Shown here: positions 52,769 to 64,000 of the stretch, in pieces
Layout of the letters: the number at the start of each line of letters is the position of its first letter
Position numbering within the stretch: position 1 is the first letter of the stretch
NCBI GenBank assembly: GCA_951406725.2
Contig: OX597831.1
Coordinates: forward strand, 2,914,001-2,978,000
DNA length: 64,000 nt
Direction of reading: 5' to 3'
DNA from: Octopus vulgaris
Lineage: Eukaryota
Notes under the pieces: generated by a model
The model's database searches: none
The model's input: the letters and a program-made list of their open reading frames with translations, nothing else
What the model was told of the DNA's origin: nothing
Translations under genes and position numbers: made by a program

Positions 52769-53265
52769 TATTATTATTATTGTTATTATTATTTGACATT
52801 TGATAGTTTCAGGCAGATTTCTATTGCATCACCTGCTACACCTCCATATTGCTAAGGTGTGTGCGGCATTGTGTGCTCTTTTCTGTTACTTAGGGAATGC
52901 AAGCTCTTCCTCATATTGTATTGCATCCGTTTGTTTTGTTATGGGGCCTGGTTGCAGTCTTTTGTTGTATTGTGTGTTGTGTGTGTAATGCAAGCTGTGT
53001 TCTTCTGTTGGGTATTCGGATTGTAGAGTACATGTGGTCATTGTTTGTTTTATTGAATACTTACTGTATAGAGTGTGTCTTGTGTCTGTGGATTGTTTTG
53101 TTAGGGTTATATTATTGACATGATAGTGTCTTGCATAGGATGTGGACTGCTCCTAACAGGGCTATTTTTTGGACAATGTGTAGTGTTGCAGGTCCAGGTA
53201 TAGCTTCTACATTTTGGTTCATATGATTTTTCTATCATACCCAATGCTCCCATTATTACTGGTAC
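52769..53265 (-). mobile_element. R4/Dong-like LINE 3' end
   Basis: Minus strand gives VPVIMGALGMI, then after a frameshift IPGPATLHIVQKIALLGAVHILCKTLSCQ*, followed by UTR and (AAT)n. Confidence 0.7.
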
Positions 53266-53790
53266 TTATTCTATCGACCCCCTAAAGGATGAGAGTTGAC
53301 CTTGGCAGCATTTGAACTCAAAACGTAAAGACAGACGAAATTCTGTGAAGCATTTTGCTTGGCATGTTAATGATTCTCTGAGCTTATCGCCATACAGTAG
53401 ATGAATATTAATTATTTGTGTGCCAAGTGGCAAATAGACATGTAAACAGTAAGCAGATCTGTAGCACAAGCTGTTTGCACTTCATGAATTCAGACTTTAT
53501 TTACCTCTTCAATTCTTGAACATCACTAATGCTCTTTAGAGAGGCATGAATGTTACAGCTTCTGAATCAGCCATCCTTAGCTACCACCTTAACAGATAAA
53601 GCCTTTGTATTCATATGATAAGTCTCTTTAACCAGTGGTAATCTTCCAACTAGTTGAGTCTGCCATCGAGTTTCAGACCCCAGTCAAACCTGTCGTATTT
53701 CACTTGATTAAAAAACAAAAGCCCTTCGGAAAAGAATGAACAACGCACAGTCTCATCTTGTCCGCTGTTATAAACCAGTCTGTGTTTGTC

Positions 53791-54195
53791 AAATTTTAGG
53801 AATCAAGTATTACAGTGATGACTTGTGCTTGTTTGACCAAACAGAATTATGATCAAATACTTCCAGATATGACCATCCTGTCTTTTTCTCTCAGATACAC
53901 TATATCCAACACATCTGTCTTTAAAAAATTTTAGGAATCAAGTATTACAATGATGACTTATACTTGTTTGACCAAACAGAATTATGATCAAATACTTCCA
54001 GATATGACCATCCTGTCTTTTTCTCTCAGATACACTATATCCAACACATCTGTCTTTAAAAAATTTTAGGAATCAAGTATTACAATGATGACTTATACTT
54101 GTTTGACCAAACAGAATTATGATCAAATACTTCCAGATATGACCATCCTGTCTTTTTCTCTCAGATACACTATATCCAACACATCTGTCTTTAAA
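53791..54195. repeat. 135-bp tandem repeat, 3 near-identical copies
   Basis: Units start AAATTTTAGGAATCAAGTATTAC at 53791, 53926 and 54061. Confidence 0.95.
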
Positions 54196-54597
54196 AAAAA
54201 AAAAGATGTGATTTGAGTGAAATTTGCCTACTATTTCTTGCAATTCAAGAAACCACATAGATGTTTCCTTCATGGGTTTAAAGACAGGCGGTTGATAGAA
54301 ATGAAGGAACAATGGATTAAACCTCTATTGTTGTTCTGTGCACTGAATTTAAATCCTTCCAGAATTGACTCAGATTTTCAACCCAAAGGGTTTGCTAAAG
54401 TAAACACCCGTAATAAACCTAGTTTGGTTCAATCAAACCACATGCTAAAAAGTTGTTGTTTTTTTTTTTCCTACCACTGAGTCAGAAGAAATCAATATGT
54501 CTTAACGCTTAACTGTGACAGGAGCTTCTTCCCAAAGAACGACATTCCTCGGTAAGTCTGTATGAATGCATGCGTGTGTGTTTTGTATGCATGCATG

Positions 54598-54681
<84 letters not shown>

Positions 54682-55827
54682 CTGCTCTAAGACATGAAAA
54701 TTTAATTGTTTGAGCTTCTGATTTGAATCAAGAGATGGAACCTTCTGGAAACCGAATAGTTTTTCTATAGTCGGAAAGAATATAACCCCATGAGTGTGTT
54801 TCCATGCGAATAGCATTAGGTTGATAGAATGCTAAACAAACAGGCGAATGGTCAAAGGTTTTGTGTCTGGTTGTTGGCAAAACTGCATTGTGCTTAATCA
54901 CAGTTGAAGCTAAAGCCATTGAGACTAAATTCAGGTTCATATCTATCCATCTATCCATCTATCTGTCTGTCTGTCTCTCTGTTGTCTGTTGTCTATGTAT
55001 GTATGTTTCTACCTCCCCCCTCTCTCTCTATCTATCTATCTATCTATCTTTCTCTCTATCTATCTGTCCGTCCGTCCGTCTGTCTGTTTGCCTGTTGTCT
55101 ATGTATATATGTATGTATCTATGTATCTGTCTATCTATCTATGTATTCATCTGCATGCATAGACCCGCCCACACACACCCGCATACACCCACGTACACAT
55201 ATACCCAGCTATCTTTCTGCCTTTATGTGTGTGTGTGTGTGTGTATGTGAGTGCTTACTTAAATATGTACAAGCTTATGTATGTATGCATGTATGTATGT
55301 ATGTATGTATGAATGTATGTATGTATGTATGTATGTATGCATGTGTGTGTGTGTATGTATGTATGTGTGCATGTATGTATGTATGTATGTATGTATGTAT
55401 GAATGTATGTATGTATGTATGCATGTGTGTGTGTGTATGTATGTATGTGTGCATGTATGTATGTATGTATGTATGCATGTGTGTGTGTATGTATGTATGC
55501 ATGTATGTATGTATGTATGTATGTATGTATGTATGCATGTGTGTGTGTATGTATGTATGTATGTATGTATGTATGTATGTATGTATGTATGTATGTATGT
55601 GTGTGTGTATGTATGTATGCATGTGTGTATGTATGGTTAACAAGGCTTATAGCTGATTCAGTGCTATGCAATATTTTATCCACTCAAAAGAAATTCTCAG
55701 ACTGAAACTCCTTGGACTCTTGGAACATTAGTATGGACTTACTAAATTTAGAAAGTGGTCTTACTCAGTCATGTGTTGACTCCCACTAAACATACATAAT
55801 ATCATCATCATCATCATCATCATCATC

Positions 55828-55973
55828 GGTAAGTAGCTTGCTTACTAACCACATGGTTCCGGGTCCAGTCCCACTGTGTGGCACCTTGGACCAGTGTCTT
55901 CTACTATAGCCTCAGGCCGACCAAAGCCTTGTGAGTGGAGTTGGTAGACGGAAACTGAAAGAAGACCATTGTA

Positions 55974-56022
<49 letters not shown>

Positions 56023-56300
56023 TAAACCACTATTATGCAATATATATATAAAAATATAAGTGTGTGTGTGTGTGTGTTTGTTTGTATGTCCGTGTTTGTC
56101 CCCCCAACATCACTTGACAACCGATGCTGGTGTGTTTACGTCCCCGTAACTTAGCGGTTCGGCAAAAGAAACCAATAGAATAAGTACTAGGCTCACAAGG
56201 AATAAGTCCTGGGGTCGATTTCCTCAACTAAAGGCGGTGCTCCAGCATGGCCACAGTCAAATGACTGAAACAAATAAAAGGGTACACAGAGTAAAAGAGT
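55828..56300 (+). mobile_element. OR2-like CORE-SINE inserted in (ATC)n
   Basis: Same family as 1861-2270. Confidence 0.8.
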
Positions 56301-56389
56301 ATCATCATCACTTACCATCATCATCATTATCATCATCACCATCATCATCATCATAAAAAACAAGCTTCTTTGTTTGATGTAGATACAGA

Positions 56390-56762
56390 AATTTCATTTC
56401 ATTTCATTTCATTTGGGTTTGAGTCCATGCTCAGGCCAAGTCGAAGACTCCACCCTCAGAGTCTGGTGTGGTTGCCAGGTTGTATTCTCTGCTTAATTTT
56501 GACATGTGTAGGAGCGAGTTTGAGTCAGTTTGTGCTTGTTGTGTATATCCTGGGAGATGGGGTTCATCTCTAATGGTGCTTAAGTATCTATCCAGCTGCA
56601 ATTTGAATGATTCCACACTGCATCCTGATAGATTTCTGACATGTACCAGAATGGAGTTGAACAGTTGTGCTCCTCGAACCAACAGACTTGATTCTCGCAG
56701 GGTTTTTGCTGCCTGGCCAGCCTTTTTGTTGATTGGTGGCATTGAACACATACTGTCACAAA
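56390..56762 (-). mobile_element. CR1/L2-group (Crack/Daphne-like) LINE 3' end
   Basis: Translates TLRESSLLVRGAQLFNSILVHVRNLSGCSVESFKLQLDRYLSTIRDEPHLPGY...SNSLLH, with an (AAATG)n tail at 56390-56413. Confidence 0.75.
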
Positions 56763-57822
56763 CATGAAAGAAATAGAAATAAACAAATAAACAGCCTTCA
56801 AAGATGCTAGGTGAGCTGGTTTGTAAGGGATATATGAGCCTTTGTTTGAAATAAGTTGGAAAAGGTACTGAAGGGTTTAATGGTCTTCTCCTAGTTCCAT
56901 TTACCAAATCCACTCACGAGGTTATGGTCAGCCCAGGGTTATATTAGTGGAAACTGACCCAAGGCATTTCATTGTGGGACTGAACCCAAGACCTTATTTA
57001 TGGCTGTGTGGTTGAGAAGCTTGCTTCCCAACCACACAGCCATACAATTATGTGTGTGTGAGTGTGTGTGCATGTGCATGCATGTATGTGTGTGTGAGGG
57101 GTTACTGAAAAGTTCCTGGCTTTGGGTTAAAGAAGATACTGGAGGTTCAATTGATTATGATTTTATTGAACATATTCACCTCTCAGATTCACACACTCAT
57201 TGCAGCGGTCCTTCAGTTTTTCCAAGCCCTGTAAAAGAACTCGGAAGGTTGGGCCTCCAACCAGGCCTTTCATAATACCCTTAAAGCCAGGAAATTTACA
57301 ACACCCAACTGGTACCTAGGTACATGTATATATTAATATATATATATATATTAATATATTAATGTATATATATATATATCAACATCATCATCATCATCAT
57401 CATCGTTTAGCATCTGCTTTCCATGCTGGCATGGGTTGGACGGTTCAACTGGGGTCTGGGAAGCCAGAAGGCTGCACTAGGCCCAGTTTGATCTGGCAAT
57501 GTTTCTAAGGCTGGATGCCCTTCCTAACGCCAACCACTCCATGAGTGTAGTGGGTGCTTTTTACGTGCCACCGACACAGGTACCAGACTAGTCTGGCAAA
57601 CGGCTACGATCGGATGGTGCTTTTTATGTGCCACCGGCACGGAGACCAGGCGAGGCTGACAACAGACATGAACGGATGTTGCTATTTACGTGCCACCGGC
57701 ACAAAGCCAGTCGGGGCGGCACTGGCAACGGCCACGAACAGATGGTGCTGTTGCCAGCGCCGCCCCGACTGTATATGTATATATATGTGTATATATATAT
57801 ATGTATATATATATATATGTAT

Positions 57823-57855
<33 letters not shown>

Positions 57856-58569
57856 CACATAAATATATAGATAGTTATATAAATATACATACACACATGT
57901 ATGATGTAAGGCTTTATAAGTGGTTGTGGTAAGGGTGGTGGAGGGATGGTGGTAGTGGTATTGATGGTTTTCATGATGATGATGACGATGATGATGATGA
58001 TGGTGATGATGGGGACAGCGTGTATGGCCTGGACTACTGGATTCAACTGTACTTTTCTTCTTTCCATGGGTGATAAAGAATGCGCCAGAAATATATTAAA
58101 ATACTACCATTCAATCAATTATCCCTTGTGAGTAGTTAAAAAGAAACCGATATTTCATCTCAAAAAACAAAACGTAAAAAAATAACGAAAGAAAGAAAAA
58201 AATGGAAAACAACAACAACAAAATATTATTTAAATCTGTTCAGCAATATTAACTCAGTGTATGTTGTTGTTGTTAACATATAAAGACAAAGATTAGCAAT
58301 AGAAACAGAAATAGCAACTTTTACTGTCGCAGCAAAACCAAGATAAAATTGTTCAATTTCACATGTCTGGCATCTCAAGTCTCAAGTAGGTCTGTTAAAG
58401 CAAACCAGACAGCCTCACATTGTGTTTTATTCAATACATAGATTCTCAGTTCCGCTAAAATGGTTTGGAGAAACAGCAGTAGCAGCAGCAGCAGCAGCAG
58501 CAATGGCAGCAGCTTGAGTTTAGGCGACAGACTATAATCAATAGTTCATACTGGACTAATATTACTTTT

Positions 58570-58745
58570 GTCTGACCAATCAGATTGGACTAGTTTTATT
58601 TCAATCAGCCAATCAAGACTAGCAATAGTTTTGCCTTATCAATCACGTCTGGCTTTTTTGTTGTTTGACTGACCAATGAACTCTCGTTTTTATTTCAACT
58701 GGTCAATCGTATCTTTGCTTTTAAACAGCAACTGACCAATCGCTC
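58570..58745 (+). promoter_or_regulatory. Phased CCAAT-box array (NF-Y-type promoter architecture)
   Basis: CCAAT or TCAAT at 58576, 58609, 58639, 58673, 58703 and 58736. Most sit in a CTGACCAATC/CAGCCAATC context. Confidence 0.6.
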
Positions 58746-58969
58746 GTTGCTTTTACTTTAATTGATAAACTGTCTCTTACTTTTAATTTAACATGACCAC
58801 AACTAAAACTGACCAGTTGGAAATCACTCCAGAACTTCGGGTCACTCATATTAAATTAGTTTTACATTTAATATCAAACCAAACTTAGCTTTATATCCAC
58901 AGATCAATTTTAAACTGAAGAAATAATAAGAAATTCAATATGTTAGTGAATAATAATAATAATAATAAT

Positions 58970-59405
58970 AAGCTTTTCTATTATAGGCACAAGGCCTGAA
59001 ATTTTGGCGGAGGAGGCCAGTTGATTAGATCGACCCCTGTACGCAACTGGTACTTGATTTATTGACCCCGAAAGGATAAAAGGCAAAGTTGACCTTGGTG
59101 AAATTTGAACTCAGAACATAAAAACTGATAAAATACCACCAAGCATTTTGCCCAGCAAGTTAATGTTTCTACCAGCTTGCCATCGATAATAATAGTTTCT
59201 ACTATAAGCACAAGGCCTGAAATTTTGGAGAAGGGAGCCAGTAGATTAGATCAACTCCAGTATGCAACTGGTACTTAATTAATCGACCCTGAAAGGACGA
59301 AAGGCAAAGTCAACCTCAGCGGAATTTGAACTCAGAACATACAGATGAACTAAATGCTGCTAAACATTTTGCTCACCATGCCAACAATTCTGCCAGCTTG
59401 CTGCC

Positions 59406-59470
<65 letters not shown>

Positions 59471-60165
59471 TTCTGCTCAATGTCACAGATTTGCTTGTCA
59501 GTTGTTTAACCTTAACCGGTTGAGCATGTCCCTTAGTGGCTGACAATATGTGCATCTCAGATCACGAGCAGAAATAATGGTGGAGTATCATAGCCATGTG
59601 CTGAAAGGAATTCTTTGGGGTTTGGATAATTCACCTTTGAAACATGGGTTGTTCGTTCAACATCCTGAAGCAACCATTATTCGAGGACCTTTTGAGCAGG
59701 ATTGGCTACTTGACCAGAAGAAAATTCTAACTAGGACCCACCTGCAAGGTCATGTACTGTTTATCTTGATATGAGATTACCATGTCATGCACATATGGTT
59801 GTGATGCATGTGCCTAGTGTACCCTTATCAGACAAGTAGTCATGATGGGTATACTGGGCTTCGTATATTTTACCCCAGTGTCACTTTGATGGCATGCATT
59901 GCTCTCTCACTCAATAATAATGATAATAATAATAAGAAGAAGAATAAGAGCAAGAAGACAAGAATGATTTCAAATTTTGCCACAAGAACAGCAATTTTGG
60001 GGGAGGGGATGAGTTGATTACATCGATCCCAGTGTATCACTGGTACTTACTTTATCAACCCTGAAAAGATGAAAGGCAAAGTCAATCTTGGCAAAATTTG
60101 AACTCAGAATGTGAAGATGGATTTTCTCCATTGTGCTAGCAATTTTGCCAGCTTGCTGGCTTCAA
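58970..60165. mobile_element. Meta-domain SINEs (-) flanking a 5'-truncated (AAT)n-flanked element (+)
   Basis: SINE cores at 58975-59185, 59195-59405 and 59965-60160. The element occupies 59468-59912. Confidence 0.75.
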
Positions 60166-61392
60166 AGATGGTGATTATAATGATGGTGGTGGTGGTGGTG
60201 GTGGTGGTGGGGATGATGATAATGATGATGATGGTGATGGTGATTATGATGATGGTGGTGGTGATGATGATGATGATGATGACAATGTTGATAACGATGG
60301 TAGTGGTGATGATGATGATGATGATGACGATGCCGATGACAGCGACGACAACAATGACAACGACGACAATGACAATACTGATGATGACAATGACAATACT
60401 GATGATGACAATGACAATACTGACGATGACGACAATGATGATGACAACAATGTCAATGATGATAATTTCTAACAGACACAAGCTGCAAATGGTTTTATTA
60501 AGTGCTGTATAGTTTGATCAGATCAAACCCCAGTATATGACTGGTACTTATTTTACCAATCATGGAACAATTGAACTGTGAAATCAGCCTCAATGCGTTT
60601 TGAACTCAGAAAGGAAAAGGACATACCTAAATACCATTGTATTTTGCTTGGCATTTTATTGATTGTTGCCTTCACACTCTGTTTGCAGAGGCATGAGACC
60701 ATGTTTTAAATTAGACCAGTTAGATTAGATGCTAATTCTCACTTGAAACATCTTCTTCATATCCTGATAGAAAATATAAACATGGCTTCTCCGTATTTAA
60801 CACACTCAAGTCTAATTACATTTAAATGAAAACCTGAAAGGATTAAACAGACATTATTGATGCCTGGAGACTAGAACAAATGAATCCAAAAACCACAATT
60901 TTTGTGTTAATTAAAAGAATAAAAAGAAATAATTCTAGATTCTGTGTTAATTAAAAAAAAAAAAAAAAAAAGAATGCTAGATTTATTTCCTGAAGTCTTT
61001 GTCAGTGTACCCTAAGGCTTTCATATTTCCATACCTCTTAATTCTACTCCCCTTTTTTTTTCTTTTCTTAATTATCAAATTTATTTCTAATGATATCAGT
61101 GATACAGATGAAGCAACTAAGGCACAGAAATTAATGGGCTGAACCAAAAGACAATACACTGGAACAGTTTTCTTTGACCTTCTCATTGGTTCATATCAGG
61201 ATTTAAGTTCAGCATTGAACAGAAGGTTGTTAAGTGTTGGTGGCTGAAAGTTAATTTGCCAAAGCTGATGGCGGTGTCAGAGTTTATATTTTCTTTCAAA
61301 ACAATACTGAAGGTGTAACAGTTGATTACGCTGAATAACAATTTTTCTTTTTGTCTTTGGTTAGTAAGTGCCATTTCTTATTCACTTTTATC

Positions 61393-61751
61393 TAGAAATC
61401 GAAGGAAATGACTACTATTCCCTTCAAACTTTGCTTTTGTGACCTGGACATCAATGTTTCCAAACTGACCTATTTTCCATTACATTTCAGACAGACTCAG
61501 AGCTGAGTTGCTGAAGCAGAAATATTGTTATAGCAAATATTCTGCTCAGTAACACAGATTTGCTTGTCAGTTGCTTGACCTTAATCACTTGAGCATGTCC
61601 CTTGGTGGCTGATAATATGTGCACCTCTGATCATGAGCAGGAGTAATGGTGGAGCATCATAGCCATGTGCTGAGAGGGATTGTTTGGGGTTTGAATAAAT
61701 GTAAGAAAAGCAAAGTTTGAAGGAAATATCTGCCATTTTTCATACTTTCTA
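61393..61751. mobile_element. TIR element (TAG...CTA termini, Academ-like) containing part of the (AAT)n-flanked element
   Basis: TATTCCCTTCAAACTTTGCTTTT near 61416-61438 is inverted at 61706-61728 (AAAAGCAAAGTTTGAAGGAAATA). No clear TSD. Confidence 0.5.
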
Positions 61752-61861
61752 GGGACAAGCAAATGGGAAACAGCAGTTATTACCAAAGGATAAATATTGT
61801 GAAGCACAGTGTTATACAACCACTGGTCCTATGAGTATTCTCTCCCATAGAGTGCCTTTCT

Positions 61862-62205
61862 TTCTTCTTTTAATCCTTTTTGCTCCCTGTGGAGCATAGG
61901 GCCTCAACAGTTGTTTTCCACATTTTGCAGTCACTGGCGTGTTTCTTGGCTGAAGAACTGAATTAGTATTAAATGAACTATTGTTGGTTTCTGTAACAGT
62001 TGTTTGTTTTTTTTACATGTATAGGGTGTTAGCCTATAGCACAACCCCCGAATCTGGAGGGCCAATGTGGTATACTTTAGTCTGACTCCTCCTCTTCGAC
62101 CAAACCAGCAAGGTTAAACCTACCAGGGGAAGACGTCCCCCACTGGCACATGCTCTAGGGATCATAAGAGTACGCAAGCCTCCCCGCCATGTCAAGGCCA
62201 CACAG
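61862..62205 (-). mobile_element. Bipartite non-autonomous RTE (5' UTR joined to 3' end)
   Basis: Minus strand begins CCTTGACATGGCGGGGAGGCTTGCGTACTC..ATGATCCCTAGAGC, resembling an RTE 5' UTR. It ends with sequence translating ASDCKMWKTTVEALCSTGSKKD*. Confidence 0.6.
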
Positions 62206-62394
62206 AGGGAGAGGCCTATAGAGTGCAGCTCACATTTAAGCTTCATAAAGAGTTGGCAAAGCAACAAACGGTTGAGTCAATTTGGTTTCCAGCCAAGAAG
62301 CCAGAGGAGCAATGGCTTGTATCCTATTGTCTCTATTATATGACATCCATGGTTGCCACATACCACTGTTAACTCAATGGTTCCACCCTACCAA

Positions 62395-62629
62395 AAAGGT
62401 GGCGAGCTGGCAGGAACGTTAGCAGGCCGGGCGAAATGCTTAGCGGTATTTTGTCTGCTCCTACGTTCTGAGTTCAAATTCCGCCGAGGTTGACTTTGCC
62501 TTTCATCCTTTCGGGGTTGATTAAATAAGTACCAGTTACGCACTGGGGTCGATTTAATCGACTTAATCCGTGTGTCTGTCCTTGTTTGTACCCTCTATGT
62601 TTAGCCCCTTGTGGGTAGTAAAGAAATAG
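62395..62629 (+). mobile_element. Young Meta-domain SINE with target-site duplication
   Basis: Full-length CpG-rich copy flanked by GGTTCCACCCTACCAA at 62379-62394 and 62629-62644. Confidence 0.85.
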
Positions 62630-63306
62630 GTTCCACCCTACCAATCTGTGAGAAAGTAATCAGTGCAGGCTTGAACTATATTGGTCGGGATGTTTACTTC
62701 ATGACTCTGTAGTTCTGAGTTCAATCCCAGGAAGACATGGGGCAAAGTACTGAAGGACGACCTCAGGACACTGAACCTTTCAGAAGAGATGACAAAGGAT
62801 CAAGATAGCTAGTGCCTTGCTGTACTCAAGAAGACTTGTCCTCCATGGCGGAAGTGTTATGGCTGCTCCGCCTGATGGAAAGGGTTGGCCTGCAAGAGCC
62901 CTGAGCTGGTGCCATGTAAAAACCACTCATGCTGGCACCACATAAATGTGCTTGTGCCGGTGCCACATTAAAAGTACCAACACACTTTAAGGTGTTAGGA
63001 AGGACATCCAGCCATAGAAACCAAGCCAAATCAGACTGGAACATAGTGCAGCTCTCTGGCTTGCCAGCTGTGGTCAAACTGTCAAACCCATGCCAGCATG
63101 GAAAACAAATGTTAAAGGATAATGATGATGATGATACGTACGTATGTATAGGCGCAGGCATGGCTGTGTGGTAAGAAGCTTGCTTTTCAACCACATGGTC
63201 CCGGGTTCAGTCCTGCTGCGTGGCACCTTGGGCAAGTGTCTTCTACTATAGCCTCGGATATTGACCAAAACCTTGTGAGTGGATTTGGTAGATGGGAAAA
63301 AATATA

Positions 63307-63520
63307 CAGTAATCCCTCGCCATATTGAGGTTCATCTATCATTGTTTATTATTTAAGCTGACGTTGAATCCTTGCATTTATAATAAAATAAATATATACA
63401 AACTATGAAAATAATTTTAAAATACAGTATTGTACTGTTTCTACTTCAAAGATTTTTACCTATCACTGGCGGGTGGGGTGTAGTTGGAATGTAACACCCA
63501 CAATAGTCAAGGGATTACTG
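63307..63520. mobile_element. pogo/Tigger-like MITE
   Basis: TA|CAGTAATCCCTCG ... CAAGGGATTACTG. Confidence 0.75.
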
Positions 63521-63534
63521 TGTGTATGAGTATA

Positions 63535-63580
<46 letters not shown>

Positions 63581-63864
63581 CATTCACACATACATACATT
63601 ATCATCATCATTATCATCGTTTAATATACGCTTTCCATGCTAGCATGGGTTGGATGATTTGACTGAGGACTGGCAAACCAGATGGCTGCACCAGGCTCCA
63701 ATCTTGATCTGCCAGAGTTTCTACAGCTGGATGCCCTTCCTAATGCCAACCACTGTGAGAGTGTAGTGGATGCTTTTACGTGCCACTGGCATGCGGGCCA
63801 GTCAGGCGGTACTGGCAGCAGCCACGCTCAAATGGTGTTTTTTACGTGCCACCTGCACAGGAGC

Positions 63865-63924
<60 letters not shown>

Positions 63925-64000
63925 CTCCCCTTATTTCGCTCTCGCGTCTCATGTTTGATCTTTGACCTCTGGCCGAAATCAGATCGCCATGTTGATTCGT

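Overview
Repeat-dense, AT-rich eukaryotic DNA, most likely from an octopus or other coleoid cephalopod. This assignment rests on its tRNA-derived SINE families and extreme microsatellite load. I found no intact protein-coding exon; nearly all supplied ORFs are translations of microsatellites or SINEs. The flanks (1-28.8 kb and 41.2-64 kb) hold dozens of SINEs, truncated LINEs (R4/Dong, RTE with C2H2 fingers, CR1-group), Tc1/mariner, pogo, hAT and piggyBac-like MITEs, a Helitron and Penelope-type fragments. Between them is a ~12 kb SINE-free block of purine/pyrimidine tracts with unique islands and candidate core promoters (TATA+Inr at ~31.7 kb, Inr plus splice donor at ~39.4-39.6 kb). Downstream of that block CpGs look depleted, which fits the methylated first intron of a large gene. 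The most notable items are: (1) a ~310 bp highly structured, direct-repeat-flanked element carrying a type I hammerhead ribozyme at the tip of a long rod (retrozyme-like, 6.4-6.7 kb), plus three variant Penelope-type hammerheads; (2) phased arrays of transcription-factor motifs (AP-1 and CCAAT both at ~32 bp period, nuclear-receptor half-sites at 8 bp); (3) a near-perfect 231 bp local inverted duplication; (4) retroelements that appear to target microsatellites. Family names come from motif recognition, not database searches.
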